Position numbers and translations under genes: made by a program. From the NCBI GenBank assembly GCA_043228905.1, contig JBHGNT010000011.1, forward strand, positions 11,904,001 through 11,968,000: a stretch of 64,000 bases of DNA. The letters run 5' to 3'. This DNA is from Azolla caroliniana (taxonomy: Eukaryota > Plantae > Polypodiophyta). Below the pieces are notes generated by a model. It was not told the origin of the DNA. It saw nothing but the letters and a program-made list of their open reading frames with translations, and did not search any database. The first letter of the stretch is position 1; each line of letters begins with the position of its first letter. Shown here one piece after another: positions 49,201-60,120 of this stretch.

Positions 49201-51639
49201 CGACCGGCAAGGGACCGGTTAACACTCGAGGATCCGGCCGAAGACGGTGAAGAAACAGAACCGGCCGAAGAAGATGAAAATGATACCGGAACCGGCCCCG
49301 ATCCCGAAATGGATTCGGATGAAGAAGAATCGGAAGAACCGGTTACCGAAGCTCCGGTACGAAGATATCCTCTAAGAGAGAGAAGGGCCCCCCGGAGATT
49401 TCCGGAACCAGAGCACGTGCTGCTAACCGACGAGGGGGAGCCGGAGAGCTTTGAAGAAGCAAAACATGACACCCAGAGCCGCAGGTGGTTGAGTGCCATG
49501 CAGGACGAGATGGATTCCCTGCATGAGAACCACACATATGAACTTGTGGAGTTGCCGAAAGGAAAGCGGGCACTTCGAAACAAGTGGGTGTTCAAGCTGA
49601 AACCGGGAGATGCCGGAAACCCCCCGAGATACAAAGCCAGGATCGTGGTGAAGGGGTTTCAGCAGAAGAAGGGCGTCGACTTCGACGAGATATTTGCCCC
49701 GGTAGTGAAGATGACCTCCATCCGGATGGTGCTGAGCATAGCGGCAAGCATGGACCTCGAGGTAGAACAGATGGACGTGAAGACGGCATTTCTTCACGGT
49801 GACCTCGAAGAAGAGATCTACATGCAGCAACCGGAAGGATTCGAGAAGAAAGGGAAGGAGCACCTGGTATGCCGGTTGAAGAAGAGCCTTTACGGACTGA
49901 AGCAGGCTCCCCGGCAATGGTACCGGAAGTTTGATTCCTTCATGACCGACGAAGGGTACCTCAAAACGCAGTCCGACCACTGCGTGTTTGTGAAGAAGTT
50001 CGAAGGAGGAGACTCTCTAATACTCCTCCTGTACGTGGACGACATGTTGATCGTCGGACGGGACCAGGTCAAGATACGGATGCTGAAGAAGGCTCTTCAC
50101 CGAACCTTCTCAATGAAGGACCTGGGTCCGGCGAGGCAAGTACTAGGGATGCACATCATCCGGGACCGGAAGAAGAAGCTGTTGTGGCTGTCACAGGAGA
50201 AGTACGTGACGAAGGTGCTTCACCGGTTCAACATGTCGGAAGCAAGACCGGTCGGATCGACCCTCCCGGCAAACTGCAAGCTGTCCAGCAAGCAAAGTCC
50301 CAAGACAAAGGCTGGAAAGGAGGATATGATGAAAGTGCCGTATGCCTCAGCCGTAGGGAGCTTGATGTACGCCATGGTGTGTACGAGACCGGACATAGGA
50401 TATGCAGTCGGAGTGGTGAGCCGGTACATGAGTAATCCCGGCAAAGAGCATTGGAACGCGGCCAAGTGGATACTCCGATACCTGAAGGGCACGGCAAACG
50501 TGTGCCTCCGATTCGGCTCCGGTAAGCCCGAACTCGACGGCTTCACCGATTCGGATATGTCGGCTGATGCAGATACCAGCCGGTCCACATCAGGGTATGT
50601 GATGACGTATGCAGGGGGAGCTGTTTCATGGCAGTCGAGGCTGCAGAAGACGGTTGCGTTGTCAACCACGGAGGCGGAGTACATGGCAGCTGTTGAAGCC
50701 GGCAAGGAAGTAATATGGATGAAGGACTTCATTAGAGAGCTCGGTATCCGGCAGGAGGAGTACCGACTCTACTGCGACAGTCAGAGTGCAATCCACCTTG
50801 CGAAGAACGCGGCCTATCACTCCCGGACGAAGCACATCCAGCGAAGATATCACTGGATCCGGGAAAGGATAGAAGACAAGGAGTTCGTGCTGACGAAGAT
50901 CCACACAGACGAGAACGGGTCGGATATGCTGACCAAGGTGCTCAACCCCGACAAGCTGGAAGCATGCCGGAAGAGGATCGGATTGGAGAGACATCCCATG
51001 CCGAAGTGAAGGGGGAGTTTGTTGGGATTTCGGTCCCTTCAGATGGGATGGTCGGATGTCGGAGGCTAAAGTCGACAAGCCCGGTTTCGGATTCGGAACC
51101 GGATGATGAAGACCCCGACTTCGGAGTCGGATGACGAATGTGCCCGAAGAAGAGATCCGGATGCAGGGACATATCCGTGAATATGTCTGCTAAGGGGCCC
51201 TCTGAGGCTATAGTTGTAATTAGCCCTAAAGTCATATATGTATAAATATGACTTAGGGCAAACAGTTTTGTTGTTGCTTCTCATTTTTCTGTTTTTCCAC
51301 TTAAGAGGAGTGAAGAGAGAGAGCAGCCGTGAGAGAGAGAGAGATAGAGCGCGAGAGAGGAAGAGGACGACGCCTCTGTGTATTTCCGCCGCCTGTGGCG
51401 AGGACAGCGAGCTCAAGGTCGTCGCCTTGGAGCTCGCCACTGTATACTTCCCTTGTATAGTGTTGTTTGGAGTCTTGTACTCCCGTGGTTTTTCCCATCT
51501 AGGGTTTTCCACGTTAAAGCCCTGTGTACTCGTGCTTTGTTTCTTTCTCCGTGTGGTTCCTATTTTCTGCTCCATTGATCAGCGATTACTCGGTTGTGGC
51601 CGAGTGGAAGAAGGTGAATAGAAGCGTCTATTCCTTACA
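46287..51639 (+). mobile_element. Ty1/copia element B, intact, sister subfamily of A
   Basis: 620-bp LTRs 46287-46906 and 51020-51639 look identical; TSD AAACC; PBS 46910-46921; removal restores the host [11 protein letters not shown]. Confidence 0.98.
46936..51009 (+). CDS. Copia Gag-Pol polyprotein of B, 1357 aa
   Basis: Uninterrupted ORF, about 97% identical to A by manual count; all catalytic motifs intact. Confidence 0.96.
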   Translation: MEGGGSGQPMMMVLNAQNYADWKIKMEDLLIVRDLYEPIDRSEIPKGVLESEWKLLNRKAVATIRQYVDVSVLQHVANDTNAYEMWKKLSGLYERKNALNRTSLMRKIVNLKYRDGESMVEHVSTFMGFVNQLAAIKFPLEDAMQAIILMCTLPESWENLVVTLSTSCTEDNLSLQTVKTSILNEEARRRDKEPTSDPKMLFTESDRGRQWNRSPQRREKSGTRSQSRGRPTCFHCGKPGHFRKNCRHYRKDNGADDTDSKKSPERNGAYRGATDRRGSDRRGQDRKGTTALAASEEEIMLITEEGELNIAGDETTWVVDSGASFHLTPERRYFSSYTAGEHGCVRMGNEGTCRIAGIGDVWLTTPTGCKMLLKDVRHVPEVRLNLISAGRLDDEGYTGSIRNGVMKFSKGSLIVARARKVNTLYLINARLCPEELNVAADTAGELWHKRLCHMSEKGMKRLAEDNLIPVKHVHLEKCTDCLAGKQNRTSFHSRPPTRRSAPLELVHTDVCQVETKSHGGALYFVTFIDDHSRRLWTAPLKTKDQVLSVFKELHARLERESGKKLKAIRVDNGGEYRGQFQEYCRSKGIRLEFTVPKTPELNGLAERMNRTVMERVRSMLAHAKLPKGFWAEAMSTATYVINRSPSVPLDGDTPQRVWTGREVSYRHLKVFGCLAYVHVAKDRRGKLDPKTRPCIFLGYGDDEFGYRVWDPVDKKIFRSRDIIFMEDKTLADWESEKKMKSSKSTGEDQLYEEQFRPARDRLTLEDPAEDGEETEPAEEDENDTGTGPDPEMDSDEEESEEPVTEAPVRRYPLRERRAPRRFPEPEHVLLTDEGEPESFEEAKHDTQSRRWLSAMQDEMDSLHENHTYELVELPKGKRALRNKWVFKLKPGDAGNPPRYKARIVVKGFQQKKGVDFDEIFAPVVKMTSIRMVLSIAASMDLEVEQMDVKTAFLHGDLEEEIYMQQPEGFEKKGKEHLVCRLKKSLYGLKQAPRQWYRKFDSFMTDEGYLKTQSDHCVFVKKFEGGDSLILLLYVDDMLIVGRDQVKIRMLKKALHRTFSMKDLGPARQVLGMHIIRDRKKKLLWLSQEKYVTKVLHRFNMSEARPVGSTLPANCKLSSKQSPKTKAGKEDMMKVPYASAVGSLMYAMVCTRPDIGYAVGVVSRYMSNPGKEHWNAAKWILRYLKGTANVCLRFGSGKPELDGFTDSDMSADADTSRSTSGYVMTYAGGAVSWQSRLQKTVALSTTEAEYMAAVEAGKEVIWMKDFIRELGIRQEEYRLYCDSQSAIHLAKNAAYHSRTKHIQRRYHWIRERIEDKEFVLTKIHTDENGSDMLTKVLNPDKLEACRKRIGLERHPMPK

Positions 51640-54042
51640 AAACCGATCGGTTGCAAGTGGGTGTACAAGGTAAAGTACAACGCTGATGGTTTAGTTAACC
51701 GGTACAAGGCCCAGTTAGTGGCGAAGGGATATGTGCAGACCCACGAAATCGACTACGACGAGACCTTCGTTCCGGTAGCGAAGATGACGACGGTTCGTGT
51801 GGTGCTAGTGGTTGCTGCGACAAAGGGTGGCATCTTCACCAAATGGACGCGAAGAATGCATTTCTTCAAGGCGATCTTGAAGAAGAGGTCTTTATGACCC
51901 AACCCCCTGGTTTTTAGTCGGAGATGAACAAGTCGGCGGTATGCCGGCTGAAGAAGTCACTTTATGGCCTGAAGCAAGCCCCCCGAGCTTGGAATGCAAA
52001 GATTACGCACCAGTTGCGTAAGATGGGGTTTGCGGCCTCCAAGTCCGACTCTTCATTGTTCATCCGGCAAGGTCCGGACAGTCCGATTTGCATTTTGCTG
52101 TATGTTGATGATCTAGTCATCACCGGACCCGGACTCGATGAAATCAGCCGAGTCAAGTCCCAGCTATCAGACGCATTTGAGATGAAGGACCTGGGGGACC
52201 TTCACTATTTCCTTGGGATCGAGATGATCCGAACCCCCGACGGCATATTGCTCTCACAAAGACACTATGTGTTGAATATTTTGTACAAGTTCAGCATGAC
52301 AGAATGCCGACTTGTCTCAACACCCCTGAACCGGAACCATAAGCTCTGTCCCAACTCCGGACCGGCCTGCGATGAGAAACGGTTCCAACAAATTGTCAGA
52401 AGCCTTATATATTTGACCATCACCCGACCCGACATCAGCTATCTAGTCGGTGTGATTAGCCAATTCATGCAGAAGCCAACCGTAGAGCATCTTCAGTGCG
52501 CTCACCGAATATTGCGGTATGTGAGCGGCACGAAGGACCGGGGGACTGTTATACCGGTGAGGTATAACCGAAGAGCTAGTCGGCTACACTGATGCCGACT
52601 GGGCTGGCGATGCATCGGATTGCCGATCCACCTCCGGTTACATGTTTTCCCTAGGTGGCGTGGCTATTGCGTGGAGCAGCAAAAAGCAGCCAACAATGGC
52701 TCTGTCGAGCATTGAGGCTGAGTATCGGGGCGCTATCGTCGCCACTTGTGAAGCCATTTGGCTTTGGCGATTACTGCAAAACCTATGAATCAAGGTAACG
52801 ACCCCGATCCTGATCTACTGCAACAATATGTGCAGCATGCAGCTTGCCAAGAACCCTGTGTTCCATGCTCATACAAAGCACATAGAAGTGCATTATCACT
52901 TCGTGCATGAGCGGGTCCTGAGCGGTGAAGTCGAACTTCGGTATGTTCATACGGATCGGCAAGTTGCCAACATCTTCACCAAACCGCCAGAATCGGACAA
53001 GTTGCAACACTTCACTGAAATACTTGGTGTTTAGCATCTCGACGTGCCACACTTGAGGGGGAGAAAGGATAGCCAAGGCACCGGAACATGCAAAGGCAAA
53101 GAAACTGTTGCTGGCACCAGTGAGGGAAGAACCCGAAGAGGGGGAGACAAGAAGAAAAAGGAAGCCGAGTTGATGAAGGAAGTCGGCACATCCGAACAAG
53201 TCGGAACGAGCGGTTGCGGTAGTAGAGTCAAGAAGGATAGAGCCGACCGGAAGGAGAAGGCAAAGACCCAGACATGGTCCAATGTGGTAAAGGGTCTGGA
53301 ATCGGAAGGCGAGTTGTAGAATCCTGATTCGGACAAGAGAGGGAATGAATCAGAGACAGTTGATTCGGTTCAAGAGTTGGATTTAGAGGAGCCGGATCAA
53401 CTAAAGGCCAAGCAGACACAGACGCAGCGGAAGTCGATGCCATCGCGGAGGAACCGACAGATCGGCAAGTGCCGGAGTCGCAGCAGCGAGGGAGCTGAAT
53501 TGGGCTTGTTGAGGAGACGAGCCGACCGAGAAGGTCAAGGTGCGTAGAACAAGAGGGGTCGCGGCAAACAGAACCGGACCGGACGAGGAGCGCAAGCGAG
53601 ACGGAGCGATGCTAGAAGGACCGGTTGCCACAGACGTTGACACTACGATCGGACCTCAAGTTGAGCTTGAGGGGGAGTGTTGAGCGGCAAGCTCAACCGG
53701 ATCCGGATCGGCTGAATAAGCCTGAGCCGGATCGGTGAGACGGATCAGACGGATCGGCGAGCCGATGAGCAAAAGAGCAGGTGAGCTGGGGAGTTGGGTA
53801 GCCGGAAGCCTAGTAATAGCTTAGCCTAGTAATAGCTTAGATTACTAGGTAGTTATTGTCTCGTAGTTAGTGTCAGATGCTCTTGTGAGGATTGAAGTAC
53901 GTTGTACTTCTGTTAGTCCCATGAGGACTTGTATAAATAGTGTTGTTGAGCACATGGTATGTACAAAGTGTTGATATAATTTTTGAATTTAGATTCTTGT
54001 TCTGCTCTCTCTGTCTCTCCCAAGTACTCTTTGTATTCTTTG

Positions 54043-54081
<39 letters not shown>

Positions 54082-54125
54082 ACAACCAAGTTGTTGTCTT
54101 ACGCTTCCGCACATACGTTTTCACA

Positions 54126-55518
54126 GTAAGGTAAGAGTCGCGGCCAATTCCCGACTTATCCTTTGCACGATCGTACTAACACCTTCACAACTGGCCTGTG
54201 CCCGCGCTCCACCTTTCCGTTTGCCTCTGGATTGTACGTCGTACTGAGAGAGAGCTTAACCCCTAACTCGCCGAACAGCTCTTCGGCTTCCTGCGCGTTC
54301 AGCTCCCCCCCGTCAGCCACGATTTTCCCTATGCACCCGTACCGACATATCACCCCCCAGTCGTCTTGTTCTGCAGTGCACGGCCCTCCACTTGATTCGT
54401 CAGGTCCTCTCGTGCAAGCACCGGGTACCGCATCTACCCTACCCCCAACGACATCGTCACTAAATCCACTATCCATTTGAAATGGACGGCCGGCAGGTAG
54501 GTTGGGCACAACTCGTCCCGATGTCGTATCGCGAAATGCATCTGACAGCTCTCGCAAGTCGTCACGAACTGATGCACGTCCCGGTACATTCCCGGCCACC
54601 AATACTTCTCCTTTAGCTTCTCGAACGTGGCCCACATTCCGCGAATGATACGCCGCTAACAGCGCTTCTTGCTCCTCCCCGCTTTTCCTTCGCCTGTATC
54701 ACGTCCTCCGGCCTCCGCTCGAGTTACCGAATCCGCGCCGCCAGCAACTCCTCCCAGCTCATTTCGTCCTTCCAATCTACCGCCGCCCACGAAGAAACCG
54801 TCTGTTCCACCGGCATGATCGGCTTTTGTCCATACATTAGCTCCGCCGGCATAAATCCTGTCACCGAACTGTGCGTAGACCGGTCCGCCCATAGCGCGTA
54901 AGGAAGGAGTCGCGGCCAATTCCCGACCTGCCCACCGCATGCACACACCAACGCTTTTATGATAGGCCCGTGCCCACATTCTACCTTTCCGTTCGCCTCC
55001 GGATTGTATGCCGTAGTGAGGGAGAGTTTGACGCCTAGCCGGTCGAACAGCTCCTCAGCTTCCCACGCATCTAGCTCTCCCCGGTCCGCCACGATCCTCC
55101 CGACGCACCCGTACCGACACACTACCTCTTCGATCAGGAACCGGCATACCGCCGCGGTTGTCTTGCTTTGCAATGCACGGCCTTCCACCTGGTTCGTTAA
55201 ATCTTCCCGTGCAAGCACCAGGTATCACATTTGTCCTACCCCCATCGGCATCGTCACCAAGTCCACCATCCACTTGAAATGGACCGTAGGCGGGTAGGTC
55301 GGGTGTAGCTCGTCCCAGTGTCGGACTACGGAGTGCACCTGACAGCTTTCGCAGGTCGTTACGAACTGGTGCACGTCCTAGTATAGCCCCGGCCACCAGT
55401 ACTTCTCCTTCAGCTTCTCGAACGTGACCCACGTTCCGTGGTGTCCGGCCCATGGGCTCTCGTGGAATGCCGCCAGTAGTTTCCCCTGTTCTTCTTTCTT
55501 CGCTACTACTCGGAGCGG
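54126..55518 (-). pseudogene. Decayed Ty3/gypsy F integrase region containing two diverged integrase-core copies
   Basis: WATFEKLKEKYWWP..YNPEANGKVE occurs twice (54126-54641 and 54898-55438). Confidence 0.88.
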
Positions 55519-56217
55519 TGTCGTGGCGTGGCTCGCCTAGAAGCGTAGCATTGCGTAGACAAAAGATATCGTGAAAGTGAGGAAGGAATCACTGGGATTA
55601 TGGACGGAAGAGACGAAAGAGTAGAGATAGATAAATAGTGATCAACAAGATATGACAAGATAGGATATAGAATGATATTTGAAGCAATAAAAGAGATTTA
55701 TAATTATTTGATAAAAGAGTTACAAAATGATTGTGCACATCATTGAACCTCTGAACTTTGTCTTGCAAGGTAATCGCTCTTCTCTTTCTTGATCGTAGAC
55801 CATTACAATCTTCACTTCAATATTTTGATGAAGATAAGGCTCGAACCGTCTCCCTCTTGTTGAGAGTTGACCACCACGACCGCCAAGCTAGAGCTCCACG
55901 TTTATGTTAAACTTCTTCCCTTCTTTCTCTATTTTTATGGTATCTCTTATGAAATATATAATTTGATTCATATCTCATACATATCTCCCTTTGATCTTCT
56001 CTTTCACCATTTAAATAGGTGCCCCCATGCATATGATGCATTGGAGGGTACAAATCATGCATGTAGTGCATGAAATGCATGTGATGCATGATCGCCATTT
56101 GGCGTTCATGCATTACATGTGATGCATGATAAACATCTCGCTCATTTGAGCTTTTATGTATGAAACAATATATGCAATAACAATAACATGAAAATATAAT
56201 CTTAAAGAGAAAGGGCC

Positions 56218-56429
56218 TAGCCTAATGGTAGGTGTGTTGACTTTGGTGTATGAGGTTGTTGGTTCGAGTCTCAAAATACTACAACATATAACTTTATTTT
56301 TATATCATGAAGCAAATCCTTTATGTAATATAAAGTATATATAAAGTATGCTTTATTTTATGTAAATTACTAGTATAGAGTAAATGGTAAGATTTGAGAG
56401 TCATAGGGTGGGCTTATTGGTTCAAGTCC
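56218..56429 (+). promoter_or_regulatory. Two tRNA-type A-box/B-box cassettes in the G LTR (also 63048-63259)
   Basis: TAGCCTAATGG 56218 with GGTTCGAGTC 56261; TAGAGTAAATGG 56376 with GGTTCAAGTCC 56419; both 43 nt apart. Confidence 0.6.
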
Positions 56430-56655
56430 TCTCTTGTTCGTGTAATATAATATATTTATCTATATATATATATATTATTTTTCTTTACATATATATAATA
56501 TTATCATATGTGTTGTTAATATTATCTTTATATATAAAACATTATCAAATGTTATTTTCATTACGTATTTATCTTATTGTAGACTTTTAATGTGAAGCTT
56601 TCGTACTTCACGACATCCACCCCCTCTAAACCTGCACATCCTCCGGCATGTGCCA

Positions 56656-59600
56656 CTATCTTTCATCTTCATGTTGATCTATTGGAGGAGGTTCAAGCTC
56701 AAACCTTTTCTTAAATACTTTTATCCTCTTTCCAGCTACCACGTTTAGGATTAGTGTCCCATCCAATTCACTAAGCTTATAAGTAAAGTTATCATATACT
56801 TTTCTTACTATATAAGGCCCAAACCATCTTTCAGCAAACTTGCGGACGGTGCTATGTTGATTATCTAAACTGCTATCATACACGAGCACCCAATCTCCTT
56901 CTTCTATTTTCTTAGGTCGAATTCTATGAGTTTTATCAAAACGGATTTTATTCTTTAGTCGAGCCTCCTTCAATCGTTGGGCTGCGATTTCTATATCTTC
57001 AGGTCGACGCTCTAATTGTTGAATTCGCAATGCAAGAAATTCTTCTCTGCTCACCTCTTCTCTCCATGGAATAGATATCCATGACATAATTGATTCTTCT
57101 ATCGGCATGATGGGCTTTTGACCAAGTATCAATTCAGCTGGCATGTATCTTGTTACTGAAATATGAGTTGTTCGATCTGCCCATAGTGCATAAGGTAGCA
57201 TGCGTGGCCAATCTCTTATTTTACCTTTACAGCTTTTCACGATCGCCTTAACTATTGGGCTATGTCCTCTTTCAATCTTTCCATTGGCTTCTGGATTATA
57301 TGCAGTTGTAAGTGATAATTTGACCCCTATTCGGCTGAAGAATTCTCTAGCTTCATCAGAGTCGAGTTCTCCTCTATCTGCAATTATTTTACCAACACAC
57401 CCATAACGACATATTACATCTTCTAACAAAAATTTACATACAGCTCTAGTTGTTTTTTGTCGTAGTGGTCTTCCTTCTACTTGGTTTGTAAGGTTTTCTC
57501 TTGCTAGTACTAAATATCGCATTTGACCTTCCCCAAGTGGCATTGTCACTAGATCAACCATCCATTTATAATGCATTGATGATGAATATGTTGGTTTTAG
57601 CTCATCTCGATACCGGATAGTTGAATACCTCTGGCAAACCTCACAGGTTTCCACAAATTTCGTTACATCTTTATACATATGTGGCCACCAATACTTTTCT
57701 TTCAACTTCATAAATGTTGCCCATATGCCTCTATGTCCTGCCCACAAACTATCATGGAATTCATTAATTAATTTTCTCTTAATGTCATCCTTACAAATGA
57801 CTCGAAGAGGATTTTCGGTTGGCCTTTTTGGATGCCTCCATAAATGCCCTTCATGTAAAAAAAACTTGAATGCTCGTCTTCGAAATTCATTTAATTGTTT
57901 CTTCGACCATGATGGGTTGGCTTCTTGAGTCTTTAGAAAATTTCCTATTTCTAACCATTGACCTTCATACTCTGTGTCTTTGAACATTATACTTACATTA
58001 AACTCATCATGAGGCGTAATAGATTCTTGATGAGCAAATTGATGGCTTGTAGTTGCCCAGTTCTTATCTTCAGTTTGCATCACCTTTTCATTTATGAACC
58101 TTGCCCTTGACAGCATATCTGCAACTGGGTTGTCTTTTCCCTTTATATGCCGCAATTCTGGGTTCATGGTTCTGATGTATGCAATCCACCGAAGCATTGC
58201 AATATCTGGTGTCGTGCAACTTGCTATCATTCCAATGAGTGGCAAACAATCTGTTTCAACCACTACATCTGCTCCGATCAAGTAATCTCTATCTGTTTTT
58301 AATGCAGTAAGCAAACCCCACAATTCTCGTTTAACTTGTGCATAGTTTCTTTGTCTTTCATTTAATATCTTTGCTCCAAATCTGATAGCATATCGATGTT
58401 GGTCTTCATCTTCTTGGTTGATAACCCAACCGATCCCGATTGGGCTAGTATCAACTGTTACTATAATTGGTCTTTCACCTTTGTAGTCTGGTTGACGAAG
58501 AACTGGTGCTTTTAGTAATGCTTCTTTCAGCTGTTGAACAACTTGTGTATGTTCATCACTCCAAATAAACTTCTTTCCTTTTCTTAAAAGTTGGTAGAGA
58601 GGATCTGAGACATGTGCAAAGTGTGGTAACCAAATATGATAAAACACACAAGCACCCAAAAATCTTCTCACCTCTGTTACCGAGTCGCAAACTTCCTTCA
58701 TATTTTGTATTGCGTTAATTTTGATCGGTGAAGGCTTCCTCCCATACCACCCACACATATGACCAACTATTAGAACTTCGTTTTGCCCAAAGCAAGACTT
58801 TGTTCCTGATAGTGTCAAATGTACCTGCTCAAGCTTATTTAAAATACTTTCACAGTCATTAATGTGGTCCATCACAAACTTTCTGCAACCATTTCCAACC
58901 ATAGTCTCATCTTTCTCTCTTTCTAAGCATCCCTTAATAGGAATATCATCTAAAAATGGCATAGTTACCTTTGGGATGTATTCATGTAGAACTTTGTTCA
59001 TTGCATTCATCATATGAGCAACTGAATTCGTCGCACCTTGAGGTAGAGTGCACATTCGAACCAACCCAATTGGTGTTTTCATTGTTGTGATGTTGCAACT
59101 ATCAATTGCTAGTTGAAATTGGTCGTATCCTGAATATAGGTCTCCCATAGAGTAAATCGCTCTTCCAGCAAACGCTTCCGCAAATTCATCAACGATCGGT
59201 CCGATTCCTGCATTTCGGATTGTGACTTTGTTGACTGGTTGTAGATCTTGAATGAATCTTAGAGAACCATCTTTCTTTGGAACTGTGAACCATCTATTGG
59301 AGTATGGTGCATTTGAAGGCTCTAAAATCTTCATCTTGACTTTATCCTTCAACAACTCCAACAATTGAGGTAATCGAGCTCTCGGTACTGCAATAGGTTT
59401 AAAATTCCAAGGAATATGAGGGATAGTAAATATTACCATTGGCGTCACCACCTTTGGATTTACACAACCAATCTCCTCAGCTTTGAATGCGAACGTTTTC
59501 CCATGCCTAAAGATCATTTCTTTGAAAGTCACGATCTCTGATTGCAGAAGAAATTCACCCCTTCCGATTCTCAAGTTATTTATTGTCTCCGAAGTGAAGT

Positions 59601-60120
59601 GATGTCCGATCTTCTCTATTGGTCGAAGCATAGGCTCGGTTGCTGCTGCCTCCATCTTCTCTTCACTACCAATAGGTAATGGTACTGCAGCAGGTTTGAC
59701 CTTTTTATCTATTGTTTTGTATTTTGTATTACATAAACTTTCTACTTCTTCATATTTACAATTATACCTATCAATCTCATAATACATATCAATTGAGTTT
59801 ACATGTATCTTTCTAACATTCTCATCATCTTCTTTCAAATACATTTCTAACTCTTCTAAAGTATTTGCAAAAGAAATTTCTTCCATAACACTTTCAATCT
59901 GCTCTTCCATTTCAAGTACTCCATTATCCTTCAATGCCTGCTGAAACAGATTAGCATTCTTTTTCAAGTTCCTCTTGCATTCATACATCCTAGTCACACA
60001 TATAGCACCACTTTCAGAAACATGAAATGACTTATTCATATGTTGTAATGCCCTATATGAGGGTCTTTTAATAATGGGACTATTGCAACCCTCACTCGCA
60101 ACAGTCCTAGTCAAAAACCT
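56656..60120 (-). CDS. Gypsy Pol (RT, RNase H, integrase); probably entered by frameshift from gag-PR
   Basis: Open frame of 1176 codons; LPQGATNS, FLDD, VDTS, H2C2 (GHRG..CEVC), YNPEANGKIER, GPY; no chromodomain seen. Confidence 0.92.
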   Translation of the reverse strand, partial: RFLTRTVASEGCNSPIIKRPSYRALQHMNKSFHVSESGAICVTRMYECKRNLKKNANLFQQALKDNGVLEMEEQIESVMEEISFANTLEELEMYLKEDDENVRKIHVNSIDMYYEIDRYNCKYEEVESLCNTKYKTIDKKVKPAAVPLPIGSEEKMEAAATEPMLRPIEKIGHHFTSETINNLRIGRGEFLLQSEIVTFKEMIFRHGKTFAFKAEEIGCVNPKVVTPMVIFTIPHIPWNFKPIAVPRARLPQLLELLKDKVKMKILEPSNAPYSNRWFTVPKKDGSLRFIQDLQPVNKVTIRNAGIGPIVDEFAEAFAGRAIYSMGDLYSGYDQFQLAIDSCNITTMKTPIGLVRMCTLPQGATNSVAHMMNAMNKVLHEYIPKVTMPFLDDIPIKGCLEREKDETMVGNGCRKFVMDHINDCESILNKLEQVHLTLSGTKSCFGQNEVLIVGHMCGWYGRKPSPIKINAIQNMKEVCDSVTEVRRFLGACVFYHIWLPHFAHVSDPLYQLLRKGKKFIWSDEHTQVVQQLKEALLKAPVLRQPDYKGERPIIVTVDTSPIGIGWVINQEDEDQHRYAIRFGAKILNERQRNYAQVKRELWGLLTALKTDRDYLIGADVVVETDCLPLIGMIASCTTPDIAMLRWIAYIRTMNPELRHIKGKDNPVADMLSRARFINEKVMQTEDKNWATTSHQFAHQESITPHDEFNVSIMFKDTEYEGQWLEIGNFLKTQEANPSWSKKQLNEFRRRAFKFFLHEGHLWRHPKRPTENPLRVICKDDIKRKLINEFHDSLWAGHRGIWATFMKLKEKYWWPHMYKDVTKFVETCEVCQRYSTIRYRDELKPTYSSSMHYKWMVDLVTMPLGEGQMRYLVLARENLTNQVEGRPLRQKTTRAVCKFLLEDVICRYGCVGKIIADRGELDSDEAREFFSRIGVKLSLTTAYNPEANGKIERGHSPIVKAIVKSCKGKIRDWPRMLPYALWADRTTHISVTRYMPAELILGQKPIMPIEESIMSWISIPWREEVSREEFLALRIQQLERRPEDIEIAAQRLKEARLKNKIRFDKTHRIRPKKIEEGDWVLVYDSSLDNQHSTVRKFAERWFGPYIVRKVYDNFTYKLSELDGTLILNVVAGKRIKVFKKRFELEPPPIDQHEDER

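Larger units (their letters stand above)
43429..54125 (+). mobile_element. Decayed copia E2 lacking a 5' LTR (hosts B); 3' LTR 53678-54125
   Basis: Second gag start at 43441, then PR, INT, RT (split by B), RNase H, extension, PPT ttgagggggag and a TG..CA LTR. Confidence 0.88.

Noticed and set aside
41141-54125. E1+E2 as a single element with paired LTRs
   Set aside because: LTRs dissimilar, no shared TSD (ATATT vs GTAAG), two gag regions
55514-55518. 5-bp TSD for G
   Set aside because: AGCGG vs GCGGG do not match; the 4-bp GCGG matches and restores the host frame
56211-56290. Functional tRNA gene (also 1644-1710 and 19061-19250)
   Set aside because: A/B boxes are present but there are no proper acceptor or anticodon stems; treated as tRNA-derived
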